From assembly GCA_903902855.1 (NCBI GenBank), contig CAIUWK010000040.1:8279-72278 (forward strand): DNA of 64,000 nt. Reading direction: 5' to 3'. The stretch comes from an uncultured Geobacter sp. Its GTDB lineage: Bacteria > Desulfobacterota > Desulfuromonadia > Geobacterales > CAIOGM01. The notes beneath the pieces are model-generated. The model was not told where the DNA came from. It did no database searches and saw nothing but the letters and a program-made list of their open reading frames with translations. Shown in pieces: positions 55,863 to 64,000 of the stretch (the first letter of the stretch is position 1; every line of letters starts with the position of its first letter). Made by a program: the position numbers and the translations under genes.

Positions 55863-56591
55863 TTACACTTGGGGAACGATCCGGATTTCGACGCGCCGGT
55901 TCAACATCCGTCCGGCTTCCGTGCCGTTGCTCACAATCGGTTTACTCTTGCCATACCCCACGGTGACCAGTCGACCCGGCTCCACCCCTGATTTCACCAG
56001 AGCACTCTTGACGGCTTCGGCCCGGCGTTCGGAGAGCTTCTTGTTGTACTCTTCCGTACCGGTACCGTCGGTATGTCCGGCAATCTGTATGGTCGTCTGC
56101 GGATACTGCTTCAGAACCTGGGCGACACGATTGACCTCATCATACCCACCAGGCTGGAGCATAACGGCATTCACGGCAAACAGGTAGTCGGATTTAAACG
56201 TGACCGTCAGGACATCCACCGTTTTTCTGGTACCGCTTTCCTCCGCCTTGGCCAGCGTCTCTGCTGATTTCCTGCTGATACTATCCTCCGCATGGGCCAA
56301 CAGCTCCTGTTCCCTCTTGATGCTGGCCGCCTCGGAGTTTGCCAGGGTTTCACGGAGAGTAGCCTCCTGCTCGTCCATGTAATTACCGATGGCATTCCCG
56401 GCCAATCCACCCACAAGTGCCCCGGCAGCGGCGCCTAGCAGGGTGGACGACGTGTTGCGCCCGATTGCCTGGCCAAGCCCGGCCCCAACCGCAGCGCCGA
56501 ATCCGGTGCCGACAGCGGCTCCGGTCTGAGTTTTGGTGGCACAACCGGATGCCACCACCAGAATACAGAGGATAATCGTTAGCTTTTTCAT
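55863..56591 (-). CDS. OmpA-family lipoprotein with glycine-zipper region
   Basis: Lipobox LVVASG|C, a Gly-zipper (GAAVGTGFGAAVGAGLG), and an OmpA C-terminal domain (GHTDGTGTEEYNKKLSERRA). ATG at 56591 behind AAGGAG. Confidence 0.88.
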   Translation of the reverse strand: MKKLTIILCILVVASGCATKTQTGAAVGTGFGAAVGAGLGQAIGRNTSSTLLGAAAGALVGGLAGNAIGNYMDEQEATLRETLANSEAASIKREQELLAHAEDSISRKSAETLAKAEESGTRKTVDVLTVTFKSDYLFAVNAVMLQPGGYDEVNRVAQVLKQYPQTTIQIAGHTDGTGTEEYNKKLSERRAEAVKSALVKSGVEPGRLVTVGYGKSKPIVSNGTEAGRMLNRRVEIRIVPQV

Positions 56592-56739
56592 TTTATCTAC
56601 TCCTTTCTGACCCCAGCCCGGCAGGAGAAGTGAGGGGACTCCCAAAAATGAGAGCCAGCTATTTTTATCATTATTAGCACAGTCGGTAGACTCCCGCTTG
56701 AAAAAACAACCTCCGGAAGCCATGTAAGGAGCCGGCATC

Positions 56740-56773
56740 AAAAAAAACAGGCCCCGTTTATGGCGGGGCCTGT
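56740..56773 (-). terminator. Rho-independent terminator after tRNA-His
   Basis: Minus strand stem ACAGGCCCCG...CGGGGCCTGT followed by T8. Confidence 0.75.
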
Positions 56774-56780
56774 TTCAAAA

Positions 56781-56857
56781 TGGGGTGGCTAGTGGGATTT
56801 GAACCCACGTATGTACGAGTCACAGTCGTAAGTGTTAACCGCTTCACCATAGCCACC
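56781..56857 (-). tRNA. tRNA-His (anticodon GTG), with G-1 and encoded CCA
   Basis: The reverse complement is GGTGGCTATGGTGAAGCGGTTAACAC... It has anticodon stem TACGA/TCGTA with loop CTGTGAC, T-arm GTGGG-TTCAAAT-CCCAC, and 3' end CCCA. Confidence 0.9.
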
Positions 56858-57131
56858 AGATATGATGCCGTCCCAAAAGCCATTTTCCCTCCAATGACTG
56901 ACAGAACGAAGTAGCCTTATAGCATAACAGAAAGAATGGTACAAGCGAAAAAATCAACGTATGCCTTCCCCGTGCCTTCATCCCCTCAAGCTCCACCCTC
57001 TTCCGTTGCGGCTCAGGCAAGAGGCCGTACATCTCCGTGATGCTCCAGTGACATGGCGCTCCTCCGTATTCATTCCCTCCCCCAGCGGGGGAGGGTTAGG
57101 GAGGGGGAGTCCGGAATGTGACAAAGTAGAA

Positions 57132-58100
57132 TCACCCCTTCCCCGTCAACTCCCGCAACGCCTCTTGCGCCTCTTCGTAGTCGGGGCGCTTCACCAACGC
57201 CTCGGCATAACACTCCTCGGCATACTTGGGCATGGTCAACGCCTCGTAGCAGCGCCCCAGGAGGTAGTTCACCTCGGGAAGCGGGCATTGCTGACGAAAA
57301 AACTCGTCATCCAGCACATCCCAGAGGATCGCCGCCGCTTCGGCGTACTCCTGCTGCTGCTGAAGATTCAGGGCTACCCCGATGGCCTCCAGATAATCCA
57401 CCGCAGGCACCAGGGGATGCGCCCCCGCCTCCAGCCGCCCCAACCGCTCCTCCAGTTCTAAAGAGCGCTCCCCCACCCCGATCCGGCACGCCGTCTGAAA
57501 ACTCTCCAGGGCCTCGTCGTACTTCCCCAGCAGCCAGGAGACATCCCCATACAGGAGGAGCAGGTCCGGATCTTCCGGGGTCAAGAGCAAGGCCCGGTTC
57601 AGGTAGCCTTGAGAATGGTAAAGATTGCGCGTGGTCTGATTCAGGGCCGAAAGGCGTAACCCCTTTTCCCGGTAGACACGGCCGATCTGTTTGAGAAAAA
57701 GCGGATTCTCCGGTTCCATGAGCAAAAAGATCCGAAGCGCCGTTATCAGCCGGTCAAGGTAGAGGATATCCACATCCTTTTGCTCCAGCATGAGGAGCTG
57801 GGTGGCCAAATCCGCCACCAAATGAGGATAGGCATCCCGCAGCAGCAGCGCGTAGTGGTCGGCAAAGGTGCAGCCGGGGTTTTGCCGCAGAGCCTGATAG
57901 AGCCCGTCACCCACCGCGTCATAGGAGGGGATCTCTCCCGGAAGAAGCGCCGCCACAACCTCTTCCCGCAACGGGATGGGGATTCCGCCACAGGGGACCG
58001 TGGCCCGACCGTCCCGGGCCGAAAGAATTGTCCCCTCGGGTGGGGTCACATAGCTGATCCCCGCCAAGGGGGTCGGCTCCATCATGCCGGTTCCTGCCAT
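57132..58100 (-). CDS. TPR-repeat protein
   Basis: Several TPR-like helical pairs are present (e.g. YLLGRCYEALTMPKYAEECYAEALVKRPDYEEA). The start overlaps the upstream stop (TAATG). Confidence 0.75.
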   Translation of the reverse strand: MAGTGMMEPTPLAGISYVTPPEGTILSARDGRATVPCGGIPIPLREEVVAALLPGEIPSYDAVGDGLYQALRQNPGCTFADHYALLLRDAYPHLVADLATQLLMLEQKDVDILYLDRLITALRIFLLMEPENPLFLKQIGRVYREKGLRLSALNQTTRNLYHSQGYLNRALLLTPEDPDLLLLYGDVSWLLGKYDEALESFQTACRIGVGERSLELEERLGRLEAGAHPLVPAVDYLEAIGVALNLQQQQEYAEAAAILWDVLDDEFFRQQCPLPEVNYLLGRCYEALTMPKYAEECYAEALVKRPDYEEAQEALRELTGKG

Positions 58101-58948
58101 TATCGAACCTCCTCTTCCGGCTCACGTTCCGGAAAGGTGTTGACGCCGGCGAAGTCGCCGACGGATTTATAGATCCGGACACCGTCCCACGGCTCGTCAA
58201 GGATGCCGTCGTGGATCGCCCAGCTTCGCCCCCGAACGGTCAGCTCCGCACCCGGCATCCGGAAAGGGGTAGAGCCGTCCAGCCGAGAGAAAAGCCTCCC
58301 ACCGGGACGAAACTCCTCATTGATCCGCAGCATGAGGGTCCGGCCGGTGAGATAGTCGAACCCGTATTTTTCGTACCGGATGGCGTTGTCGTAGGAAAGC
58401 GGCTCCGCCGTGATGATATCCACACCTAGGCCATCCACGAAGCGCTCGAACCGGGGAAAAAACTCGGTGAACAACCGCAACCCCCGGCGAACCTGATTGG
58501 GGAAGAGTCCCGCCTGCATGGAGCGAAGCTCTTCAGGAATATTGCGCCCCAGGGAGGCGAACCAGTTATCCTTCCCCATGGCATCCACATCCACCTGGAA
58601 ACGGGGCGCATCGGGATCGGTGATGATGCAGAAGGAGAGTTCGATCTGATGATAGGCGGTATCGGAGATCTCCAGGAAAAAGAGCGGGTCCCGCTCCCCG
58701 GGGCTCCGTCGGGCCACGATTCGGGTGAACCCCAGACCAACCGGAGCGATGAACTCCACCGAGGGGGCGCCGTCAGCTCCCAAGGAAGCTTCGGGGGTAA
58801 TCCCCAGGACAGAGAAGAGCCGCGGCGGAAGGAGTGCCCGGTAAAGCCGCTCCTTCTCCTGCACGTCCAGGACGTTGATCTCCCGCAGGGAACAGAGCGG
58901 CTTCCCCAGGCGGGTAACGAGCTGTTCATTCCCCGGAAGTCGTGGCAT
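58100..58948 (-). CDS. Conserved hypothetical protein with GNAT-like C-terminal signature
   Basis: The segment VRRGLRLFTEFFPRFERFVDGLGVDIITAEPLSYDNAIRYEKYGFDY resembles GNAT motif A/B (…N.AI.lYEK.GF). This was judged by eye only. Confidence 0.6.
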   Translation of the reverse strand: MPRLPGNEQLVTRLGKPLCSLREINVLDVQEKERLYRALLPPRLFSVLGITPEASLGADGAPSVEFIAPVGLGFTRIVARRSPGERDPLFFLEISDTAYHQIELSFCIITDPDAPRFQVDVDAMGKDNWFASLGRNIPEELRSMQAGLFPNQVRRGLRLFTEFFPRFERFVDGLGVDIITAEPLSYDNAIRYEKYGFDYLTGRTLMLRINEEFRPGGRLFSRLDGSTPFRMPGAELTVRGRSWAIHDGILDEPWDGVRIYKSVGDFAGVNTFPEREPEEEVR

Positions 58949-60080
58949 AGGTCCCGATGATCACCGGAAAGATCCGCTTCCGGATGGCTGAAATACTCTT
59001 CTCCACCTCGTCCAGCGCCCGGTTCCGGTCCCCCTCTTCGGCCCAGTACATGGCGTCCAGCAGCATGGTATTGGCGCACCCCATCTCCGAGATGGTCCGG
59101 ATGAATTCCACCGGGAGCCGGGGGGAGAGCTCCACCCCGTTCATGATCCCCCAGGCGATGGTCCAGGCCCGGGCCACATTCACCAGGTCATACCCTCCCC
59201 CCCCCAGGGCCACCCAGGGAATCCGCAACGCCTTAAGCTTTCGAAGGACATAGGAGTAGCTGTGGGTGGTGATCTCCAGCCGCGAGAGAGGGTCGGTGCG
59301 GAAGGTGTCGGCCCCCAACTGGGTAACCAGGACATCGGGATTGTAGGCGGCGATGAGAGGATAGGCGACCTCGTCGAAGGCCTTCATGAAGAGGGCGTCG
59401 TCGGTATGCTCCATGAGGGGGACGTTTACCGAATACCCCTTCCCCGCCCCCTTCCCCGTCTCATGTTCGAAACCGGTGCCGGGAAAAAAATGGAGCCCGG
59501 TTTCGTGGAGGGAGATGGTGAGCACCCGGTCGGTGTCGTAGTACGCCTCCTGTACCCCGTCGCCATGATGGGCATCCAGGTCCAGGTAGACGACCCGCAA
59601 CCCTTGGGCCACCAGCTGGTTGATGGCCACCACCGCATCATTCAGATAGGAAAAGCCCGAAGCCCGGCCCCTGTGGGCATGATGCAGGCCGCCGGCAAGG
59701 TTGAAGGCGATATCATACCCCTCCCGGGTCACCAGGCGGGCCGCCTCCAGGGTCCCGGCGGTGCAGAGGCGGGCCCAGTCGTAGAAGCCGGGGAAGACCG
59801 GATTCTCCACATCCCCCAGGCCATAGCGGAAATCGGCCCGGGAATCGGTGGAATCGTTGAACTCGGCCAGTCGCCGGAGATAGTCGGAGGAATGAAAGGT
59901 CAGGAGTTCGGCGTCACTCACCCTCCCGCACTCCCGGATATGGGCGTTCTTCAGGCGGGTCAGGCCGTACGCTTCCATGAGATCAAAGGCCAGCCGGTAG
60001 CGCTGCACCTTGAAGGGGTGGTAGTCGCCATAGGAACAGGCGCTGAAATCGTGGGAGTAGACGAGGGCTGTTCTGGTCAT
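58926..60080 (-). CDS. Histone-deacetylase-family (AcuC/arginase-fold) deacetylase
   Basis: GGLHHAHRGRASGFSYLND and DLDAHHGDGVQ zinc/catalytic motifs, 384 aa. Confidence 0.9.
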   Translation of the reverse strand: MTRTALVYSHDFSACSYGDYHPFKVQRYRLAFDLMEAYGLTRLKNAHIRECGRVSDAELLTFHSSDYLRRLAEFNDSTDSRADFRYGLGDVENPVFPGFYDWARLCTAGTLEAARLVTREGYDIAFNLAGGLHHAHRGRASGFSYLNDAVVAINQLVAQGLRVVYLDLDAHHGDGVQEAYYDTDRVLTISLHETGLHFFPGTGFEHETGKGAGKGYSVNVPLMEHTDDALFMKAFDEVAYPLIAAYNPDVLVTQLGADTFRTDPLSRLEITTHSYSYVLRKLKALRIPWVALGGGGYDLVNVARAWTIAWGIMNGVELSPRLPVEFIRTISEMGCANTMLLDAMYWAEEGDRNRALDEVEKSISAIRKRIFPVIIGTYATTSGE

Positions 60081-60218
60081 GGGATACTTGGGTAAGGAGA
60101 TGTCTGCCGCGAAACTCTACTACCTCCCGCCGGGAGCGTCAACCGGTAACTTCTCCCCGGAAACAGAGAAAGGCGGAGGAATACCCCGCCTTTCTCTGAA
60201 ACAGGTGAAGCAAGAGTG

Positions 60219-61022
60219 TTACGGAGCCAGCGGTACCAGCGTAACCTTGCCGCTGGTCACATCGTATTCGGCTCCGACCAGACGCGCCTTTGTCCCCGGC
60301 AGCAGTTTCCCGGCTGTGGGCAAGGCGGTGGTGAGGCAGGCGGCCGGCATTTCCAGTTCAACGGCCTCCTTGACGATCAGTGATTTGGCCAAGAGGTCGG
60401 CTGCCGTCAACTTGATATTATCGATAATCGCCTCATCGATAAGAGACGCAACATCGCCAACCCTGGCGTAGGCAGACTTGACCGCGGGGAGGAGCGTATT
60501 GACGAGGCTGTTGACGTAATTGCCGCCGGGGGCCGGCGCCACCGGAGCATCGGGAACCGGATTGCCCAGTCTAAGGAACGGAAGGGCGTAGTTCACCGCT
60601 GCGGTAACTGCTCCGCACTTGGTGTGCCCCATGACCACGATGAGGGGTGAGCAGAGGTGCTCGACGCCATATTCGATCGTTCCGATCTGGTGATCGGCGA
60701 TGATGTTACCGGCAACGCGGACGGGGAATACTTCTCCCAACCCCTTGTCAAAGATGATTTCGGGGGATACGCGGGAATCCGAGCAACCCAACACGATGGC
60801 ATAGGGGCTCTGGCCGGCGGCCAGAGTCGTGCGCACGCCAGGCTGGGCGTTTTTACTCAGGGCCGCAAAATTTCCAGCAAGGTAAGGAGTGTTGCCCGAC
60901 AGCAACGTAGACAGAGACTGATTTGCCGTGAGGGTTGTTCCTGCCCCAGCCACTGCGGCAGTTGCCAGCAACGCCATTACCGTAATACTTTGAATGAGAC
61001 GCAAACGTACCGATTTTTTCAT
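60219..61022 (-). CDS. Secreted beta-class carbonic anhydrase
   Basis: CSDSR and HTKCGA zinc-ligand motifs with a signal peptide. ATG at 61022. Confidence 0.85.
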   Translation of the reverse strand: MKKSVRLRLIQSITVMALLATAAVAGAGTTLTANQSLSTLLSGNTPYLAGNFAALSKNAQPGVRTTLAAGQSPYAIVLGCSDSRVSPEIIFDKGLGEVFPVRVAGNIIADHQIGTIEYGVEHLCSPLIVVMGHTKCGAVTAAVNYALPFLRLGNPVPDAPVAPAPGGNYVNSLVNTLLPAVKSAYARVGDVASLIDEAIIDNIKLTAADLLAKSLIVKEAVELEMPAACLTTALPTAGKLLPGTKARLVGAEYDVTSGKVTLVPLAP

Positions 61023-61065
61023 GTGTTCCTCCATGATGGATAATCCCCTTGTGGGGGTTGATACA

Positions 61066-61746
61066 TTACGCGGTTTTCTTTTTCCGGAGCAGCGCCAGAC
61101 CGGCAAGACCGGCCCCCAGCAACAGGAAGGTGGAGGGCTCGGGAACGGCGGCGGCGGCATCGGTGGTCACGCCATAAGCGTAATAGCCGCTCTGACCGTT
61201 AGTAAAGGATATTGCTTGCGACGAGGCGTCGACTCCATTGGTGAGAAACAACGAATCCGAAGCGCCGGTATCCAAATTCCAGAGTTCAAGATAGCCGCTT
61301 GCTGCTGCCGTCGCATAGGGTGAATAGTTACTGGCGCTGTTTAGAAAAAAATAGCTGTTCAAGAGACTCAAGGTCACCGTGCCGGTACCCGTAACGGTAA
61401 AAACGACCCGTTGGAGCGCCGCGGCGCTGGCGGTAAACGGGGTGGTGGTTGATGCGGCGGCATCAGCGGAGACCGACATGAGGGCGGCATTATTGCTCAC
61501 CACAATAGAAGTTGCATGTCCCCCGGGGCCGGCACTATCGGCATTCTGCGACGAGTCGTAAACCACCGGATCAGGGTTAATCGTCAAACCTGACAGAGTG
61601 ACCTGGAGTTGCGACACATTAATGCCGGCCGAACCGGATGCCACCATCGAACCCCACGACTGACCGGCCATTCCCAGCGCCAGAGCCACCATCAGCGTCC
61701 CAAACCGTAACGTCCTGAGGAACCCTTTACACCCTTTCATTCCCAT
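61066..61746 (-). CDS. PEP-CTERM sorting-domain secreted protein
   Basis: The C-terminus VPEPSTFLLLGAGLAGLALLRKKK is a PEP motif followed by a TM helix and a basic tail. A signal peptide is present. ATG at 61746 behind AGGAGG. Confidence 0.85.
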   Translation of the reverse strand: MGMKGCKGFLRTLRFGTLMVALALGMAGQSWGSMVASGSAGINVSQLQVTLSGLTINPDPVVYDSSQNADSAGPGGHATSIVVSNNAALMSVSADAAASTTTPFTASAAALQRVVFTVTGTGTVTLSLLNSYFFLNSASNYSPYATAAASGYLELWNLDTGASDSLFLTNGVDASSQAISFTNGQSGYYAYGVTTDAAAAVPEPSTFLLLGAGLAGLALLRKKKTA

Positions 61747-61794
61747 GTTGTACCTCCTTTTGATGTTGAAGCATAAAACAAGCCAACGCCTAAT

Positions 61795-61810
61795 TGCAAG
61801 TACTGTGCCG
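61795..61810 (-). promoter_or_regulatory. Sigma54 (-24/-12) promoter upstream of the PEP-CTERM gene
   Basis: Minus strand reads cGGCACagtacTTGCA, with GG-N10-GC spacing matching the TGGCAC-N5-TTGCW consensus, about 50 nt upstream of the ATG. Confidence 0.65.
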
Positions 61811-62065
61811 TGAATTTCAGGAACTCCTGTCACAGGTTTCCAACAGTTTAGAAATAACTCCGTTCCTGAGCCCGGAAATATGTAAAGAATTCCGACACTC
61901 AATGAGTGACTAGCTTTACACAATTAATCCGTATGAAACATCTGTTTACCACCTCACCGGAACTCAACTCTCAGTTACGTAGTGCGTGAACACCAGATCT
62001 TTTTCTTGCATCAGATTCCCTCACATGACATGCTACGCCGAAAATTCGTAACAGAGGAGATCTCC

Positions 62066-62515
62066 ATGGCTCAGGCAGCAAAGGGGAGTAAAGTCCGGGT
62101 TTCGTATACCGGCAGATTGGAAGACGGCTCGATCTTTGACGCCTCCGAGACATGCATCGGCTGGGAAGAGGGCACGGGGCCTCTGGAATTCACCATCGGC
62201 GATGGTTCGGTGATTCTCGGTTTCAACGGGGCGGTGATAGGGATGACTCCGGGAGAGGAAAAAACCGTATTCATCCCCGTGGACCAGGCATATGGAGCTT
62301 ATAAGGAAGAACTGGTGGCCGACCTGGAACGAAAAGATATTCCCAAAGGGATGATGCCGATGCCGGGGGAGCAGCTGGAAATCGCCCTTGAAGAAGGACA
62401 AATAATCCCGGTAACGGTGCTGCATGTGACCCCGGCGAAGGTGACCCTGGACGCCAATCACCCCCTGGCCGGAAAGGATCTCACCTTCCGGATCAGGCTG
62501 GACGAACTACTCTAG
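62066..62515 (+). CDS. FKBP-type peptidyl-prolyl isomerase (SlyD-like, with IF insert, no His tail)
   Basis: VRVSYTGRLEDGSIFD ... LDANHPLAGKDLTF. ATG at 62066 behind GAGGAG. Confidence 0.85.
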   Translation: MAQAAKGSKVRVSYTGRLEDGSIFDASETCIGWEEGTGPLEFTIGDGSVILGFNGAVIGMTPGEEKTVFIPVDQAYGAYKEELVADLERKDIPKGMMPMPGEQLEIALEEGQIIPVTVLHVTPAKVTLDANHPLAGKDLTFRIRLDELL

Positions 62516-64000
62516 TCACAATCACCCGCTCCCCCTCCCCCTGCTTGGCCACGTAGGTGAAGAGAAACTCCGTCGGCTCATCCCCCCAGGGGGTTTCCAG
62601 GTAGTTTTTGAGAAACGTCCGCCTGAATCTCCGGATCCGCGCCCCTGCGGGAAACGTTTCCCCACCCTGAAACCCTGGGCCTCGCGCCTCCCGACTCCCG
62701 GCGACCTGACCGAAACAGAGGGGGAGGCGGGATGTGGCGGGGTATTCGTTCCGGCAGAAGTCGAAGCTGAGGAGGTCCTGGATGAGCGGCTCCTCCCCCT
62801 GAATTTCCACCAGGAACCGATGGATCAGGTCGCAGAGATCCAGAAACGACCGGGGGTCGGTTGTTCCGGCGAACAGACGGGCAGAGTGGTGAAAGAAGGA
62901 CGACAACGTCCCTTCCCGCTCCAATCCCTTCAGTAACAGGAGAAAGCGGCCACTGTTATGGATCAGGTCCAGGAGCCGGGAGAGATCCTCGATGCATGAA
63001 ATCTCCGCAAAAGTGAGCCAGGGAGTCGAAAGGATCTTGTAGGGGGGGGTAGCGGAATAGAGGTACCCCTCCTCCGCCGCGATCCGCCGCATGGGAACCC
63101 CCTTCAGCACCTTCAGCGGCTCCACCTGGATATGGTGGGGAGCGGTGACCAGCAAACGCTCTAAAGAGCCGAGAAAACCGTCATACCCCTCTCCCGGCAG
63201 ACCGGCAACCAGGTCCAGGTGAACCACAACCCCGGTCTCTTCCCGAACTCTCCGGACCGCAGCCAGGAGTTTCTCCGGGTCGGACTTTCTCCCCACCCGT
63301 TCCAGGGTTGCGCCATCCCCCGACTGAACCCCGATCTCAAACCGGAAGAGACCCGGCGGCACCCTCCTCAGCACCCTGAAATTCTCCTCGGTGAGGAGTT
63401 CGGCGGCAATCTCGAAATGAAACAGGCTGGAGCGGTTCCGGAGAAGGATAAACTCCCAGATCTCGGTGGCCCGTCGGGGGTCATAGTTGAAGGTCCGGTC
63501 CACCAGTTTGATCGTCGCCACCTCCCGAGCCATGATCAGGGAGAGATCCTCCCTGATCCGCTCTGCTCCGTAGGAACGGACGGTGCGATCCAGGGAAGAG
63601 AGACAGAAGGCGCAGGAAAAGGGACACCCCCGGGAGGTTTCCACGTAGACCAGGGGCTTGGCCAGATCAACGAGCTCGGCATGAAAGGGTGAGGGGAGAA
63701 GGTCAAGGGAGGTGCAAGGGGGACGATCCGGGGTGGCGACGAGCTCATCGTCAACACGGCAGGTAATACCGGCAACCCTCTCCAGAAACTCTCCCGGGGG
63801 GAGCCCGCCGGAGGCGACAATGAGGAGGGCCAGCTCCCTGAGGCTCTCCTCCCCTTCCCCCCGCACCACGCAATCGATGGCCGGGTGACCGGCCATGAGT
63901 TCAAAGGTGCCGTAGGAGACCTCCGGCCCCCCCAGGACGATGATACTCTGAGGGAGGATCTGCTTCAGGTCGGCAACAAGCTTGAGGGTCTGCTCCAGAT
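62493..64000 (-). CDS. B12-binding-domain radical SAM protein (N-terminus beyond window end)
   Basis: CxxxCxxC cluster (GCPFSCAFC). The reading frame stays open upstream of M at 63896 (...IIVLGGPEVSYGTFEL) to the window edge, and the C-terminal region is long. Confidence 0.85.
   Translation of the reverse strand, partial: LEQTLKLVADLKQILPQSIIVLGGPEVSYGTFELMAGHPAIDCVVRGEGEESLRELALLIVASGGLPPGEFLERVAGITCRVDDELVATPDRPPCTSLDLLPSPFHAELVDLAKPLVYVETSRGCPFSCAFCLSSLDRTVRSYGAERIREDLSLIMAREVATIKLVDRTFNYDPRRATEIWEFILLRNRSSLFHFEIAAELLTEENFRVLRRVPPGLFRFEIGVQSGDGATLERVGRKSDPEKLLAAVRRVREETGVVVHLDLVAGLPGEGYDGFLGSLERLLVTAPHHIQVEPLKVLKGVPMRRIAAEEGYLYSATPPYKILSTPWLTFAEISCIEDLSRLLDLIHNSGRFLLLLKGLEREGTLSSFFHHSARLFAGTTDPRSFLDLCDLIHRFLVEIQGEEPLIQDLLSFDFCRNEYPATSRLPLCFGQVAGSREARGPGFQGGETFPAGARIRRFRRTFLKNYLETPWGDEPTEFLFTYVAKQGEGERVIVTRVVRPA

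Noticed and set aside
54734-56857. Genomic island integrated at tRNA-His.
   Set aside because: There is no integrase, no direct repeat of the tRNA 3' end, and no mobility genes. The OmpA-family gene between the islet and the tRNA has native composition. I therefore report only a low-GC islet, not a mobile element.
57075-57112. ccctcccccagcgggggagggttagggaggggga hairpin downstream of the TPR gene, considered as a terminator.
   Set aside because: A short 9-bp G/C stem is present, but no U-tract follows on the relevant strand. Similar GGGGAGGG words are common filler in high-GC genomes. It is too weak to call.

Overview
High-GC bacterial chromosomal window that looks Desulfuromonadales/Geobacter-like. 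That guess is an inference from a 12-heme c-type cytochrome, a PEP-CTERM protein, NtrC-type regulators and c-di-GMP enzymes; I have no database hit. Most of the window is densely packed housekeeping genes. These include a cobO / B12-binding subunit / meaB cluster, galU, folD, pilD followed by a histidine kinase and a sigma54 response regulator, rnhA, rarA, glgP, nadK-recN and rmuC. They also include rsmI, a split nadE plus nitrilase pair, the yraN-rnhB ... rplS-trmD-rimM-rpsP-ffh block, secA, ppiB, dfx-rbr, tRNA-Val and tRNA-His. I found no rRNA, CRISPR array, transposase, integrase or prophage genes. Five things stand out. (1) At least 12 intergenic loci carry tandem arrays of 7-nt units, plus one locus with 8-nt units. 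Each locus has its own unit, but almost all units can be written TTC+N4. The arrays often sit as inverted pairs flanking a spacer or a gene, and some exact 14-17 nt words recur at distant loci. (2) An AT-richer two-gene operon encodes a PilZ-domain protein with a large unassigned C-terminal half, followed by a sensor-GAF-HD-GYP protein (47.6-51.6 kb). (3) A tightly overlapping operon encodes an HDAC-family deacetylase, a GNAT-like unknown protein and a TPR protein (57.1-60.1 kb). (4) One 827-aa protein fuses an acyl-AMP ligase, a carrier domain and a lysophospholipid acyltransferase, next to a cytochrome P460 gene divergent from the dodecaheme gene. (5) A low-GC single-gene islet encodes a divergent Tag-like helix-hairpin-helix protein, bounded by a 14-unit heptamer array and a C11 tract. 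All functional calls rest on motifs read by eye in the supplied translations. No similarity search or folding was run.
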